Shown here: piece after piece, positions 31,901 through 40,877 of the stretch | Numbering within the stretch: position 1 is the first letter of the stretch | Layout of the letters: every line of letters starts with the position of its first letter | Assembly (NCBI GenBank): GCA_040218735.1 | Contig: JAVJQW010000070.1 | Location: 64,001-128,000 of the forward strand | DNA from: Deltaproteobacteria bacterium | GTDB lineage: Bacteria; Myxococcota; Kuafuiibacteriia; Kuafuiibacteriales; Kuafuiibacteriaceae | Length of the DNA: 64,000 nucleotides | Direction: 5' to 3' | Translations under genes and position numbers: made by a program | Notes under the pieces: generated by a model | Database searches by the model: none | What the model was told of the DNA's origin: nothing | Seen by the model: the letters and a program-made list of their open reading frames with translations, nothing else

Positions 31901-32433
31901 GGCGCCATGTACGCGAAGGTCCCGAGGAGCCCGCTGCTGCTCGTCGGCGCGCGAAGCAGCCGCGCGACGCCGAAGTCCATCAGCTTCACGCGCCCGTCGC
32001 TGCACACCAGGATGTTCTCGGGTTTGAGATCGCGGTGGACGATCCTGCGCACGTGGATGTGCGCGAGCGCGCCGAAGATCTGCCGCAGGCAGCGCCGCAT
32101 CTCGCGATCGCGCACCGGCCCCTCCGGGAGCGCGCGCAGGTGACGGCGCACGTCCTTCCCATCGAGGAACTCCATCGCGATGAACGGGACGTCGTCCTCG
32201 ATGCCCGCGTCGAGGACGCGGACGATGTTCGGGTGCCTCAGGCGGGCGAGCGCGCGGAACTCACGTTTGAATCGAAGGACACCCTCGGCCTCCTCCGCAG
32301 CGTGCGGAAGGAGGACCTTCAGCGCGATGCGGCTGCCGTCACGGGTGTCGTTCGCCTCGTAGACGACACCCATCCCGCCCGCGCCGACGCGTTTGACGAG
32401 ACGATAACGTCCGATGGTGGTCGGTGCGGCCAT
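28933..32433 (-). CDS. Ser/Thr kinase - AAA/STAND ATPase - TPR multidomain protein
   Basis: Kinase GAGGMG, HRDLKPEN, DFG, APE; Walker A GPSGIGKS; Walker B AIEDLHWAD; YRFYHE; C-terminal TPR-like helices. Confidence 0.92.
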   Translation of the reverse strand: MAAPTTIGRYRLVKRVGAGGMGVVYEANDTRDGSRIALKVLLPHAAEEAEGVLRFKREFRALARLRHPNIVRVLDAGIEDDVPFIAMEFLDGKDVRRHLRALPEGPVRDREMRRCLRQIFGALAHIHVRRIVHRDLKPENILVCSDGRVKLMDFGVARLLRAPTSSSGLLGTFAYMAPEQVTSGEIDGRSDLYAVGVLMYEVLAGDYPFPVEPPAAALHHHVNTKPTHVLEVNDKADPTLAALTQKLLEKDPLDRLQTAEEAFSYLTDDEQTSSQVESSLPGQLFAPRFVARGDELDALIELAESTAAGRGQLMLIEGPSGIGKSRLLQELKGRVRRKMNMVIGPCQPEPSQAYAPIETVLDEIESIASKAPNDVVRKIVGRDAALVHAVSPRLARLGGPATTEHLDASERKVRLHKAIVGVMGRLALTRPTILAIEDLHWADSSTLELLWDAARTLLAPRPRGKSDETVCPVAIILTRRSLAEGPDQSEQLVRRLDERSGLHRLTMRPIPATGVLDMVRTMTGVHRPLRKFVDELVRVTHGRPLMVQEVMESWVSERVLERRRGTWFYKDEALESEEVEDVTPAHGTPAVDDVTPRDAVPVAVSERPPTRARRPRPTRGDDAALAKLERLQPRSRELLERLALLGRLLPADLVSAVAELEEDAFLDAMDELVRANLLMEDVSHDGVRYRFYHEGFREAVTRALPAEPRAHLHLRIAHRLERRFSTRRAELAHVLARHFRAGGSPLRAVRYLEMMARAASTRGDIDAAMRRIQDATAVIDDAPRTPASGTRRLRLLLLQIDLLLDFGRPKEALERADPQAALNARAPEVMSAELVLRRAASQFALGRLDETLATLLSVPRPAPTRSLGARFLALEGATRMSRAEYGQARAVLESAHQIAQDAGLDELADELDGRVGVVLLFQGDFVGALEKLEGGLSTARRRGDTRALSDLLGHIGEVHAARGNESEALACFSEAIELAEARGVRRDLERWSGALGSLMSNLGDDEGATEKLQQALSIAKETGSRQGQATWHGELGIHHARSDRPERAAAELMRCLAISREIGFSLYEGWAQIYLGAVAIEKNYDSFTEAIEHIEAGLEIAEALENETLQIEGLVQSGRVYRAQGDENRAKISLERAEDLVQASQNVRLKKLVRHELEASDVFSTR

Positions 32434-32468
32434 GCCCCGCTCCGACGGATCCTACACGTCCGCCGGCA

Positions 32469-32795
32469 CTACTTGGACATCTTGTCGCCGAGGCGGTCGA
32501 TGATCTTTTGCTTGGTGTCGGGGTCGGTTTCGACGTCGTCGCCGATCCCGGCCTCTTGACGCATCTCGTCGAGGCGCCCGCTCTTCTCGAAGGCGCGCAT
32601 CTCGATGGCGAGGAGTTGCTGCCGCAGCGCCTCGTTGTCCTGTCCGACCTGCTCGAGCTCGAGCTCGTCGGGCACGGGGAATCCGTGGCGCATGCGTACG
32701 ACTTTCTCCTCGGCCGGGGTGATCCCGGCGACCGTTTCGGTGGTGACCTGGGTGGAGCGCGTGGCTTTCGACCCGGAGGCGGTCCGATCCGACAT
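32469..32795 (-). CDS. Small protein resembling a stand-alone sigma70 region 4
   Basis: aa 22-71 align without gaps to RpoD region 4 ([16 protein letters not shown]...LEEVG...RERIRQIE, recalled from memory). Confidence 0.7.
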   Translation of the reverse strand: MSDRTASGSKATRSTQVTTETVAGITPAEEKVVRMRHGFPVPDELELEQVGQDNEALRQQLLAIEMRAFEKSGRLDEMRQEAGIGDDVETDPDTKQKIIDRLGDKMSK

Positions 32796-32878
32796 GTTGA
32801 AGAAACGGTAGTGGAGCGCCCTGGGGCCGTCAAATTAATGACATGCGATCTTCTACGACATCAGGAGGACGCCGCGGA

Positions 32879-33649
32879 TCACTCGGCCGCGCATCGAAAC
32901 CCGATGGTGTTGTCGACCTCCGTGGGGGCCTTCGCCCGCCGCGCCGCGACCCGCACGGTGTGGCTCGTGTCGCGGTAGCTCCCGCCCCGAACGACCCGCT
33001 CGCGGCCGGATTTCGGGCCCGCGGGGTCGGTCGTGTCCTTGTTCTTTCGGTAGTGCGTGGGATCGAAGTAGTCCGCCGTCCACTCCGCGACGTTCCCCGC
33101 CATCTGCAGCACGCCAAAGGGGCTCTCCCCGCCCTCGTAGGCGTTCACCGGCGCCGTCTTCCCGTGGAAGTCGCCCTCCTGGACGCTGTTGGCGTTCTTC
33201 GGGTCGAACGCGCCGGTCCAGGGCCACTTGCGGAAGTCGGCGCCCTTCGCCGCGTACTCCCACTCGGCCTCGGTCGGGAGGCGTTTGCCGAGCCACCGGC
33301 AGAAACGCTCCGCGTCCTCCCAGGTGACGCCGACGACCGGGTGGTCCTCCTGCCCGAGGTCCGGGTCGTCGAGGTACGCGGCGGGATCGCACGCCTTGGC
33401 CGCGATACACGCGCGGTACGCGGCGTTCGTGACCTCCATGCGGTCGATCCGGAAGCCCTGCATCTGGAGCTTCCGCTCGGGGTACTCGTCCGGCTCCCCG
33501 GAGTTGTCGCCCATCGTGAACGATCCCGTCGGAATCGAGACCATCGGCGCGACGACGTCCTTCGGCGCCGCAGCCGGCGCATCGCGGCGCGCGTGCGAGT
33601 AACAGGACGTCGACAGTCCTGCGGCCAAGAGGAAGGCAGCCCAACGCAT
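32879..33649 (-). CDS. FGE-sulfatase fold (SUMF1/EgtB/PvdO family) lipoprotein
   Basis: Lipobox-like LSTSC; GSFTMG, EVTNAAY, RLPTEAEWEYAAKG, MAGNVAEW, RGGS, GFRC. Confidence 0.9.
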   Translation of the reverse strand: MRWAAFLLAAGLSTSCYSHARRDAPAAAPKDVVAPMVSIPTGSFTMGDNSGEPDEYPERKLQMQGFRIDRMEVTNAAYRACIAAKACDPAAYLDDPDLGQEDHPVVGVTWEDAERFCRWLGKRLPTEAEWEYAAKGADFRKWPWTGAFDPKNANSVQEGDFHGKTAPVNAYEGGESPFGVLQMAGNVAEWTADYFDPTHYRKNKDTTDPAGPKSGRERVVRGGSYRDTSHTVRVAARRAKAPTEVDNTIGFRCAAE

Positions 33650-33727
33650 GGTCCGACAGATACCACACGCGTCGCCGATGCATCGTGTCCGTCATCGGCC
33701 CGATGACGCCGGCCCCGCTGAGCCGCG

Positions 33728-36457
33728 TTGCATGCCACCGTGCGCCGGTTCTCGCTCGCCTGTTCGCTCCTGATCCTCGCCGCTTGCAGCGCAGACACCG
33801 GGGACCTCGTGCCCGGCGCCTGCAACACCAACGACGACTGCCTCGCGACCGAGTGGTGCCGCATGGGCGCCTGCCAACCCGGCACCGGCAACGCCTGCGA
33901 GGAGGACGGCGACTGCGGCGCCGGCGAGGTCTGCGACGTCGTCACCGACTGCGGCGCGACCCGGTGCAGCGGCAACACATGCGTGCCCGCGACCTGCGAG
34001 GACCACGAAGACTGCGACGAAGGCTTTCTGTGCGACGACGGCACGTGCGTCGCGGGCCCCGACTGCGAAGACGACGAGGACTGCGACGCGGGCCTCGTCT
34101 GCGACGAAGGCACCTGCACCGCGCCGGGCCCCTGCGAGTCGGACGACGAGTGCGCCGACGGTGACCTGTGCGTCGATGGCGAGTGCGGTCCCCCGGTCCC
34201 CTGCGAAGACCGAAGTGACTGCGAAGACGGCCAGATGTGCTTCGACGGCGCGTGTCGCGACGCGTGCACCGAGGACGCCGACTGCGCCCCGCCGCTGTCC
34301 CGCTGCGACACCGATGCGATGGAGTGCCGGCCGGGCTGCTTCAACGACGGCCAGTGCCCCGAAGGCACGATCTGCGAGGGCTTTCTGTGCGTCGACGCCG
34401 AGTGCTCCAGCGACGAGGAGTGCGACGGAGAGAACGTCTTCTGCGACGGCGGTCGCTGCGCGGACTTCGAGCCGTGCGGGATGAACGGCGAGTGCCCGAC
34501 CGGCTTCGTCTGCGACGAGGCGACGATGCGTTGCACCGCCCTGCCCCCGTGCCGCACCGACCGCGACTGCGGCCCGGAGGCGTACTGCGAGGACGGCTAC
34601 TGCCAGCCCGCCGCGTCCTGCGCGAACATGACCTGCGCCGAGGGCTTCGAGTGCATCGGCGACGTCTGCGTGCCCTCCCCCTGCCGCGGCGACGCGGATT
34701 GCACGGCGCCCGAGGTGTGCATCGGCGGCGTGTGCGGCGAGGCCCCGAGCACGGAGTTCGTCACCGAGGTGCGGATCGTGTCGCCGGCCGGCACGGTGCG
34801 CCCGGGGACGACGTACCGGCACGTCGCGCTCGCGCTCGACCAGGCGGGCCGCGCGGTGCCGGGGGTGACGTTCGACTGGAGCTCGACGTCCACCGCGGTC
34901 GCGACGATCGCCGCGAGTGGCGTCGCCACGGGCGGCGCAACGGCGGGGACGACGCAGATCCGCGCGAGCGTCGACTCGGGCATCGGCCCCGTGACCTCGA
35001 ACCCCGTGGTGCTGACGAACCTCGGCGCGTTGGCCGCGACCGATCTGCGAGTTTCGGTATCGCGGCTGGTCGGCGGGTTGCCGGTCCAGGGTGCGCAGAT
35101 CGAGGTGCTCACGGCCGGCGGTACGGACTCGGCGGTGACGGACGCGACCGGCACGGCGGTGTTCACGCGACCGACCGGCGCGTTCACCGTGACGGCGGCG
35201 CACACGGACTTCGACTGGGTCTCCGTCGTCGCGCCGACGACGTACGACCTCGCGCTTGCGCTCCCGCCTAAGTCCGCGCTCGGGACGACGGCCGGCGTGA
35301 AGGGCGACGTCGACCTCGCGCGCGTCGGGCAGCAGGGGGCGGTCGAGCTGTCGCTGTCAGGGGCGTCGCTGCCGTCGCCGCTGTTCTCGTTCGACCCCGG
35401 CCAGCTCTTCGGCACCGGCAACTTCAACGTCGAAATCCCGATGGTGGGGTCGGTGCCGATCCCCGCGGCGAACACGATCGGGATCGAGCTGATGGGCTTC
35501 CCGCTGTCGTTGAAGGACACCTACTACGCCGAGGCGCAGCCGGGCGTGCGCGCGGTGTGGAGCTTCGGCGGGCGCATCCAGCTCGGCGCGGGGGGCCTCG
35601 GTCCCGAGGCGTTCACGAACTTCCTCGCCGCGATCCTGCCGTTCTACCAGCGCTTCGAGCACGCGGTGCTCCCGGCGGTCACGTTGGTCGCGCGCCCCGA
35701 CATCGTCGACGCCAACGACGTGGACGGTGACGGCGACACGTCCGAGATGGTGCCGGACTGGAGCGGCTTCCCCACGCGCCGCGTGGAGCCGGACACGGAG
35801 CAGAACCTCCGCTATCAGCTGTCGGTGGCGCCGCTGCCGTTCGTGACCGGCGGCAACGCCAACACCCTCATCGTGCTTTCGGGGACGATCGTCCCGGGGC
35901 TCGGCTTCGTTCCGCTCGGCCTCGACGGCCAGAGCGACATGGGCGGCACCGGCATCGTCGACTCGTTCGTCACGAAGATGGCGCCGCGCCACGGCGGGCT
36001 CGAAGCCGGCACCTACGCGGTCCTCGCGATCGCCGTGCGCCTCGACGGCGCGGGCATCGCGGGCCCGGGCTCGGTGCGGCTGTACACGTCGTCCCGCCTA
36101 CCGACGGCGGTCGCGCTCGCCGACGGCTGGCTCGACGTCCCGGCCAGCACGCAGTGGAACCCGATGGCGCGCACCCTCACCGCCGGCCAGCCCCTCGGCG
36201 CGGACCTCTTCCACGCCACGTTCGTCTCGGCGAACGGCGGCTGGCACGTCTACGCCGCGCCGGATCTCGACGGCGTGGTCGACGTCCCGCCGACCCCGAT
36301 GGGCGCAATGGACCGCACCTTCTCCGCGGAGGTCACGTTCGACGTGATCGACCTGCAGGCGGGCACCGACGCGGGGGCGATCTTCGACGCCGCGGCCGGC
36401 GGCGCGCTCGCGGTGGACGAGGCGACCCGAGGCTTCGCGCGCGCGGTGGTGGAGTAG
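33728..36457 (+). CDS. Lipoprotein with Cys-rich repeats, an Ig-like domain and an uncharacterised C-terminal region
   Basis: Lipobox LAAC; about 14 repeats of the form C..D.DC..G..C..G.C; FDWSSTSTAVATI Ig-like motif; DANDVDGDGD Ca-binding-like loop; start may be GTG 33740. Confidence 0.85.
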   Translation: MHATVRRFSLACSLLILAACSADTGDLVPGACNTNDDCLATEWCRMGACQPGTGNACEEDGDCGAGEVCDVVTDCGATRCSGNTCVPATCEDHEDCDEGFLCDDGTCVAGPDCEDDEDCDAGLVCDEGTCTAPGPCESDDECADGDLCVDGECGPPVPCEDRSDCEDGQMCFDGACRDACTEDADCAPPLSRCDTDAMECRPGCFNDGQCPEGTICEGFLCVDAECSSDEECDGENVFCDGGRCADFEPCGMNGECPTGFVCDEATMRCTALPPCRTDRDCGPEAYCEDGYCQPAASCANMTCAEGFECIGDVCVPSPCRGDADCTAPEVCIGGVCGEAPSTEFVTEVRIVSPAGTVRPGTTYRHVALALDQAGRAVPGVTFDWSSTSTAVATIAASGVATGGATAGTTQIRASVDSGIGPVTSNPVVLTNLGALAATDLRVSVSRLVGGLPVQGAQIEVLTAGGTDSAVTDATGTAVFTRPTGAFTVTAAHTDFDWVSVVAPTTYDLALALPPKSALGTTAGVKGDVDLARVGQQGAVELSLSGASLPSPLFSFDPGQLFGTGNFNVEIPMVGSVPIPAANTIGIELMGFPLSLKDTYYAEAQPGVRAVWSFGGRIQLGAGGLGPEAFTNFLAAILPFYQRFEHAVLPAVTLVARPDIVDANDVDGDGDTSEMVPDWSGFPTRRVEPDTEQNLRYQLSVAPLPFVTGGNANTLIVLSGTIVPGLGFVPLGLDGQSDMGGTGIVDSFVTKMAPRHGGLEAGTYAVLAIAVRLDGAGIAGPGSVRLYTSSRLPTAVALADGWLDVPASTQWNPMARTLTAGQPLGADLFHATFVSANGGWHVYAAPDLDGVVDVPPTPMGAMDRTFSAEVTFDVIDLQAGTDAGAIFDAAAGGALAVDEATRGFARAVVE

Positions 36458-36465
36458 GCGCGCGC

Positions 36466-36548
36466 CTAGACCATAACGGTTCCTCGCTTCGCGAGGGACC
36501 TTGGCACAGGCCTCAGACCCGCCGCATTCGCGGCGGGCTTCGACCTAG
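36466..36548 (+). repeat. Dispersed 83-bp two-hairpin element bounded by CTAG (copy 1)
   Basis: Shares an identical 39-nt core with the reverse complement of 46578-46659. Confidence 0.9.
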
Positions 36549-37936
36549 AACTCACACCAGTTCGGCGTGCGCGGGAACGGGATCACGTCGCGGATGTTCT
36601 GCATCCCCGTCGCGTACATGATGAAGCGCTCGAACCCGAGCCCGAAGCCCGCGTGGGGGATCGTGCCGTACCGGCGCAGGTCGCGGTACCAGCCGTACTC
36701 CTCGACCGGGAGGCCCATCGCCTGGATGCGGGCGTCCAGCACCTCCAAGCGCTCTTCGCGCTGCGAGCCGCCGATAATCTCGCCGACGCCCGGGACCAGC
36801 ACGTCCATCGCGGCGACGGTCTTACCGTCGTCGTTCATGCGCATGTAGAACGCTTTGATCTCGGCCGGGTAGTCCGTGACGATCACCGGCTGCCCGAACT
36901 TCTTCTCGGTGAGGTAGCGCTCGTGCTCGGTCTGCAGATCGCTCCCCCACTTCACCGGGTACTCGAACTTCTCACCGCTCTTTTCGAGGACCTCGATGGC
37001 CTCGGTGTACGGCAGCCGCAAGAACTCCGACTCGGCGACCTTCTCGAGCCGCCCGATGATGCCCTTCTCGATGCGGTCGTCGAAGAACTGCATGTCGTCG
37101 GGGCGCTCCGTGAGCACCGCGCGGATCAGGTACTGCAGGAACTCCGCGGCCAACGCGGCGTCACCCGCGAGATCGCAGAACGCGAGCTCCGGCTCGATCA
37201 TCCAGAACTCCGCGAGGTGACGCGCGGTGTGGGAGTTCTCGGCGCGGAACGTCGGCCCGAAGGTGTAGACGTTCCCGAGCGACTCGCAGCACGTCTCGAC
37301 CGAGAGCTGCCCCGACACCGTGAGGAACGTCTTCTTCCCGAAGAAGTCCTCCGCCGGATCGTGAGCGACAGGCTCGCCGGGATCCTGCGTCGTCACCCGG
37401 AACATCTGCCCGGCGCCCTCGGCATCCGACGCCGTGATGATCGGCGTGTGAATCCACAGAAAGCCGCGCTCGTGGAAGAAGCGATGCACCGCCTGCGCGA
37501 CGCAGTTGCGCACCCGCATCACCGACCCGAACGTGTTCGTCCGCGTCCTGAGGTGCGCGACCTCGCGCAGGTACTCGAACGTGTGGCGCTTCTGCGCGAC
37601 GGGGTACGTCTCCGGGTCGTCGACCCAGCCGATCACCCGCACCGCCTCCACGGCGAGCTCGAGGGACTGGCCCTTGCCCTTCGACTCCACGAGGGTCCCG
37701 TCGACCGAGACGCTGCAGCCCGTGGTGAGCTTCTTGATCTCGGACTCGTAGTTTTCGAGGTCGCTCTTCGCGACGAGCTGGAGCGTCGCGAAGCACGACC
37801 CGTCCGACAGCGCGATGAAGGAGAGCCCGGCCTTGGAGTCGCGGCGCGAACGCACCCAACCCTCGACCGTCACCTTCGAGCCTACCGTGAAGTCCCCGCC
37901 TTCCTTGAAGATGGCGTCGATTCGTACCCGCGTCAT
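36545..37936 (-). CDS. asnS: Asparagine--tRNA ligase
   Basis: OB fold GWVRSRR; [54 protein letters not shown]. Confidence 0.97.
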   Translation of the reverse strand: MTRVRIDAIFKEGGDFTVGSKVTVEGWVRSRRDSKAGLSFIALSDGSCFATLQLVAKSDLENYESEIKKLTTGCSVSVDGTLVESKGKGQSLELAVEAVRVIGWVDDPETYPVAQKRHTFEYLREVAHLRTRTNTFGSVMRVRNCVAQAVHRFFHERGFLWIHTPIITASDAEGAGQMFRVTTQDPGEPVAHDPAEDFFGKKTFLTVSGQLSVETCCESLGNVYTFGPTFRAENSHTARHLAEFWMIEPELAFCDLAGDAALAAEFLQYLIRAVLTERPDDMQFFDDRIEKGIIGRLEKVAESEFLRLPYTEAIEVLEKSGEKFEYPVKWGSDLQTEHERYLTEKKFGQPVIVTDYPAEIKAFYMRMNDDGKTVAAMDVLVPGVGEIIGGSQREERLEVLDARIQAMGLPVEEYGWYRDLRRYGTIPHAGFGLGFERFIMYATGMQNIRDVIPFPRTPNWCEF

Positions 37937-37997
37937 GAGGGCCGGGACGCTAGCTCATCCGACCGCCGTGGGCCACCGTGACCGGCCCCTCGTGACG

Positions 37998-39338
37998 TCA
38001 GCGTCCGGCACCGAAGATGTTGTCGCAGACCAGCTCGTCCGCCGCGGCGCACTTGCCGCCGAGGCACAGCCCGAACGGGCAACCCGTATCGAGACCTTCG
38101 TTCGCGCAGACTTCGCCGACCACCTTCCGCGACGGGCACGTCTCGGTCGCGAAGTCACACAAACCCTCGGCGCACGCGTGCGCGTCGATCGACGAAGAAC
38201 ACGTCGTCCCCGCCACCGCGAGCGCGCGCTCGCACGTGCCCGTCGCGAAGAAGTCCGAGAGCAGGTCACCGTTGGCGTCGACGCACGTCAGACCGATCGC
38301 GCAGACGCTGCTCGCGTCACAGGCATCGCCCGCGTCCAGCAGCTCGGCGCGCTCCGGCGCGGCGAAGTCCGGCTTGCTGCAGAGCCCACCCTCGATCGTG
38401 TCGGCACAGACCAGGCCGAGCTGGCAGCCGCCGCTCGAACCGTTGCACGCGCCGCCCTCACCCGCCGGGGTCGCGCAGGTGTTCGTGTCGAAGTCGCAGA
38501 AGAGCCCTTCGTTGCACATGGCGGCGAAGAAACACCCCTCGCCCCGCGCGGCGCGGTCGACACAGACCGGGGCGGCGGAGCCGTCACCGTACTCGCAGTA
38601 GGAGCCGCGCTCGCAGCAGGACGGATCCGAGCACGCCTCGCAGGACGACCCCTTGGCGATGGTCTCGGCGCACAGGGAGTCACCGGTCTCTTGGTAGGCG
38701 CAGAAGCTCCCGACGGCGCAGCTCACCCGGTGGTCGTCGCCGGGGAAGTTCTGTTCGCACGCCTCGCCGATCGCACCGAGCGGTACACATCGTTCTTGGG
38801 CGTAGCTGCAGTACTGGCCTGCGCCGCAGCTGCCCTGGGTGCAGCTCTCCGCGCGCGGCCGACACGTGCCGGGGCACGCGAGATCGTAGGTGCACTCGAG
38901 GTCTTCGCCGCAGTCGTCGAAGACCAGCCCGCTGCACTCGGCGCCCTCCTCAGCGGTGCCCTTCGCGAGGTGGTCACACATCGCCAGGGTGTCGTTGAAC
39001 CCGAAGCGGAGCGCGGCGACCTGGTCGCACTCGAGGCCTTCGAACACGTCGATGCAGGCGTCGAGGCGCCGCACGTCCAGCGCGACGCCGAGGTCGGTCA
39101 ACAGGGGCTTGGTGAAGGCGGCGCAGCCGGTCTGTTCGACGCAGGCTTCGACCGTGGTGGCGTGGTTGTAGACGACGGCGCCGCAGGAGATCTGGACTTT
39201 GCAGCCGGCCGTCATCGCCTCGCAGAACGTTCGTTCGACGGGTTCGACGGGCGTCGGGTCGGGGGAGTCAGCGCCGCTACAAGCCGCGGCGACGAAGAGC
39301 GTTACGGTGAAGAGTCGGTTGAATTGGAAGTCATTCAT
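37998..39338 (-). CDS. Cys-rich repeat lipoprotein
   Basis: Lipobox AAAC; many GE.C.....C..GL.C repeats. Confidence 0.85.
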   Translation of the reverse strand: MNDFQFNRLFTVTLFVAAACSGADSPDPTPVEPVERTFCEAMTAGCKVQISCGAVVYNHATTVEACVEQTGCAAFTKPLLTDLGVALDVRRLDACIDVFEGLECDQVAALRFGFNDTLAMCDHLAKGTAEEGAECSGLVFDDCGEDLECTYDLACPGTCRPRAESCTQGSCGAGQYCSYAQERCVPLGAIGEACEQNFPGDDHRVSCAVGSFCAYQETGDSLCAETIAKGSSCEACSDPSCCERGSYCEYGDGSAAPVCVDRAARGEGCFFAAMCNEGLFCDFDTNTCATPAGEGGACNGSSGGCQLGLVCADTIEGGLCSKPDFAAPERAELLDAGDACDASSVCAIGLTCVDANGDLLSDFFATGTCERALAVAGTTCSSSIDAHACAEGLCDFATETCPSRKVVGEVCANEGLDTGCPFGLCLGGKCAAADELVCDNIFGAGR

Positions 39339-39460
39339 GCCGCCGCCCTAGAGCATCCGGCGTGCCGATCGATCGGCCTGCGCTCGCGGGCGCGACGCGT
39401 CGTCGCGGCGCATCGCTTTCGCGTCGCCGGCGCCACAGCCCCATCGAAATTTCGTGAGCG

Positions 39461-40864
39461 TCACTCTTCGACGTGCCACAGCCGTCGGTGCGCCGCCGCC
39501 GCCGCCGCACGGACGTCGTCCGACTTCGCGTTCTTCGACGCCTGGGCGAGCGGCTCGATCGCTCGGATGTCGCCGAGCTGACCGAGCGCTTCGGCCGCGG
39601 CCGCCGCGACGTTCGGGTCGCCGCCCTGCAACGCATCGATCAACGGGAGCGTCGCGCGTTGGTCGTTTCGTTTGGCGAGCACACGGGCCGCCGCGACGCC
39701 GCGGGGCCCCCCGCGCTTCAACTCGCGCAGGTATTCGGGCACCGAGCGCGGTCGACGCGCGACGGTCGGTCGCGCAGGCTGGCCTGCGGCGACCGTCGGC
39801 GTGAATGGATCACGATCGTCCGCGTCCTCCGCGAGCGGGCGTACGGGGATTTCGACCGCCGGCGCCGCGATGGGCGTCGCGTTGGACCGCTCCAGCCGGG
39901 CGTCGGGTTTTGTGGCGGCGGCGATGACCCCCACCGCGACGATCGCCGTCGCCGCGAGCGCGAACCGCTCCAGCCGCGCGACGTTCGGACGCGGCTTCGC
40001 CGAGGCCGGCTCCTCCTCGGCGGCGTCGGCGACCAGCCCGAACAGGTCCGACTCGGCCTCCCCCTCGATGCTTTCGAGGGCGTCGACCAGCGCCTCGAAC
40101 GAGGCGAACCGGTCCGCGGGATCCTTCGCGAGCATCTGCTCCACCGCCGCCGCGAGCGCCGCCGGCACCTCGGGCGCGAGCGGGGGGAGCGGCTCGTTGG
40201 CGTGCAAGAAGATCGTCGCGACCGCGGTGTCGGCGTCGAACGGGGGCGCCCCGGTGAGGAGGTGATAGAGCGACGCGCCGAGCGCGTACTGATCGGAACG
40301 TGGATCGACGACCTTCCCCTGCCCCTGCTCCGGTGACATGTAGTGCGGCGTCCCGAGCGTCGTGCCGTCCGCGGTGTACGAGGACGGCGCGTCGAGGATC
40401 TTCGCGAGCCCGAAGTCGGCGATCTTCACGAGCCCGTCCTTCGTGACGAGGAGGTTGTGGGGTTTGATGTCGCGGTGGAGGACGCCGACCGCCTCCGCGG
40501 CGGCGAGGCCCTCGGCGACCTGGATCGCGACGTCGATCGCGGCGGCCGCGCCGAGCGTTCGGTCGGCGTCCAAGATGGTGCTGAGGGGGTGCCCGTCGAC
40601 GAGCTCCTGTGCGATGAACGCGTCGCCGTCGTGCTCGCCCACCGCGTGCACCTGCACGACGTTCGGGTGGACGATCCGGGCCGCGGCCTTCGCTTCGATC
40701 GTGAAGCGGCCGCGGCCTTCGGGATCGAGATCGGTCAGCACCTTGAGCGCGACGGGGCGCTCCAACGCTTCGTCCCACGCGCGGTACACGACGCCCGACG
40801 CGCCGCGGCCGAGGAGGCCATCGACCCGGTAGGCGCCGATGCGTTGGGGGGTGGCCTGCACCAC
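39461..40864 (-). CDS. Membrane Ser/Thr kinase with C-terminal HEAT repeats
   Basis: GRGASG, VALK, HRDIKPHN, DFG, GTPHYMSPEQ; TM FALAATAIVAVGVIAAA; HEAT-like AAAEALGQLGDIRAIEPL. Confidence 0.9.
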   Translation of the reverse strand: MVQATPQRIGAYRVDGLLGRGASGVVYRAWDEALERPVALKVLTDLDPEGRGRFTIEAKAAARIVHPNVVQVHAVGEHDGDAFIAQELVDGHPLSTILDADRTLGAAAAIDVAIQVAEGLAAAEAVGVLHRDIKPHNLLVTKDGLVKIADFGLAKILDAPSSYTADGTTLGTPHYMSPEQGQGKVVDPRSDQYALGASLYHLLTGAPPFDADTAVATIFLHANEPLPPLAPEVPAALAAAVEQMLAKDPADRFASFEALVDALESIEGEAESDLFGLVADAAEEEPASAKPRPNVARLERFALAATAIVAVGVIAAATKPDARLERSNATPIAAPAVEIPVRPLAEDADDRDPFTPTVAAGQPARPTVARRPRSVPEYLRELKRGGPRGVAAARVLAKRNDQRATLPLIDALQGGDPNVAAAAAEALGQLGDIRAIEPLAQASKNAKSDDVRAAAAAAHRRLWHVEE

Positions 40865-40877
40865 CTGCGATTTTACG

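Noticed and set aside
36466-36548. CTAG element as an integron attC site or a tRNA fragment
   Set aside because: There is no proper RYYYAAC...GTTRRRY pair, no integrase or cassette array, and no cloverleaf; the flanking genes are convergent
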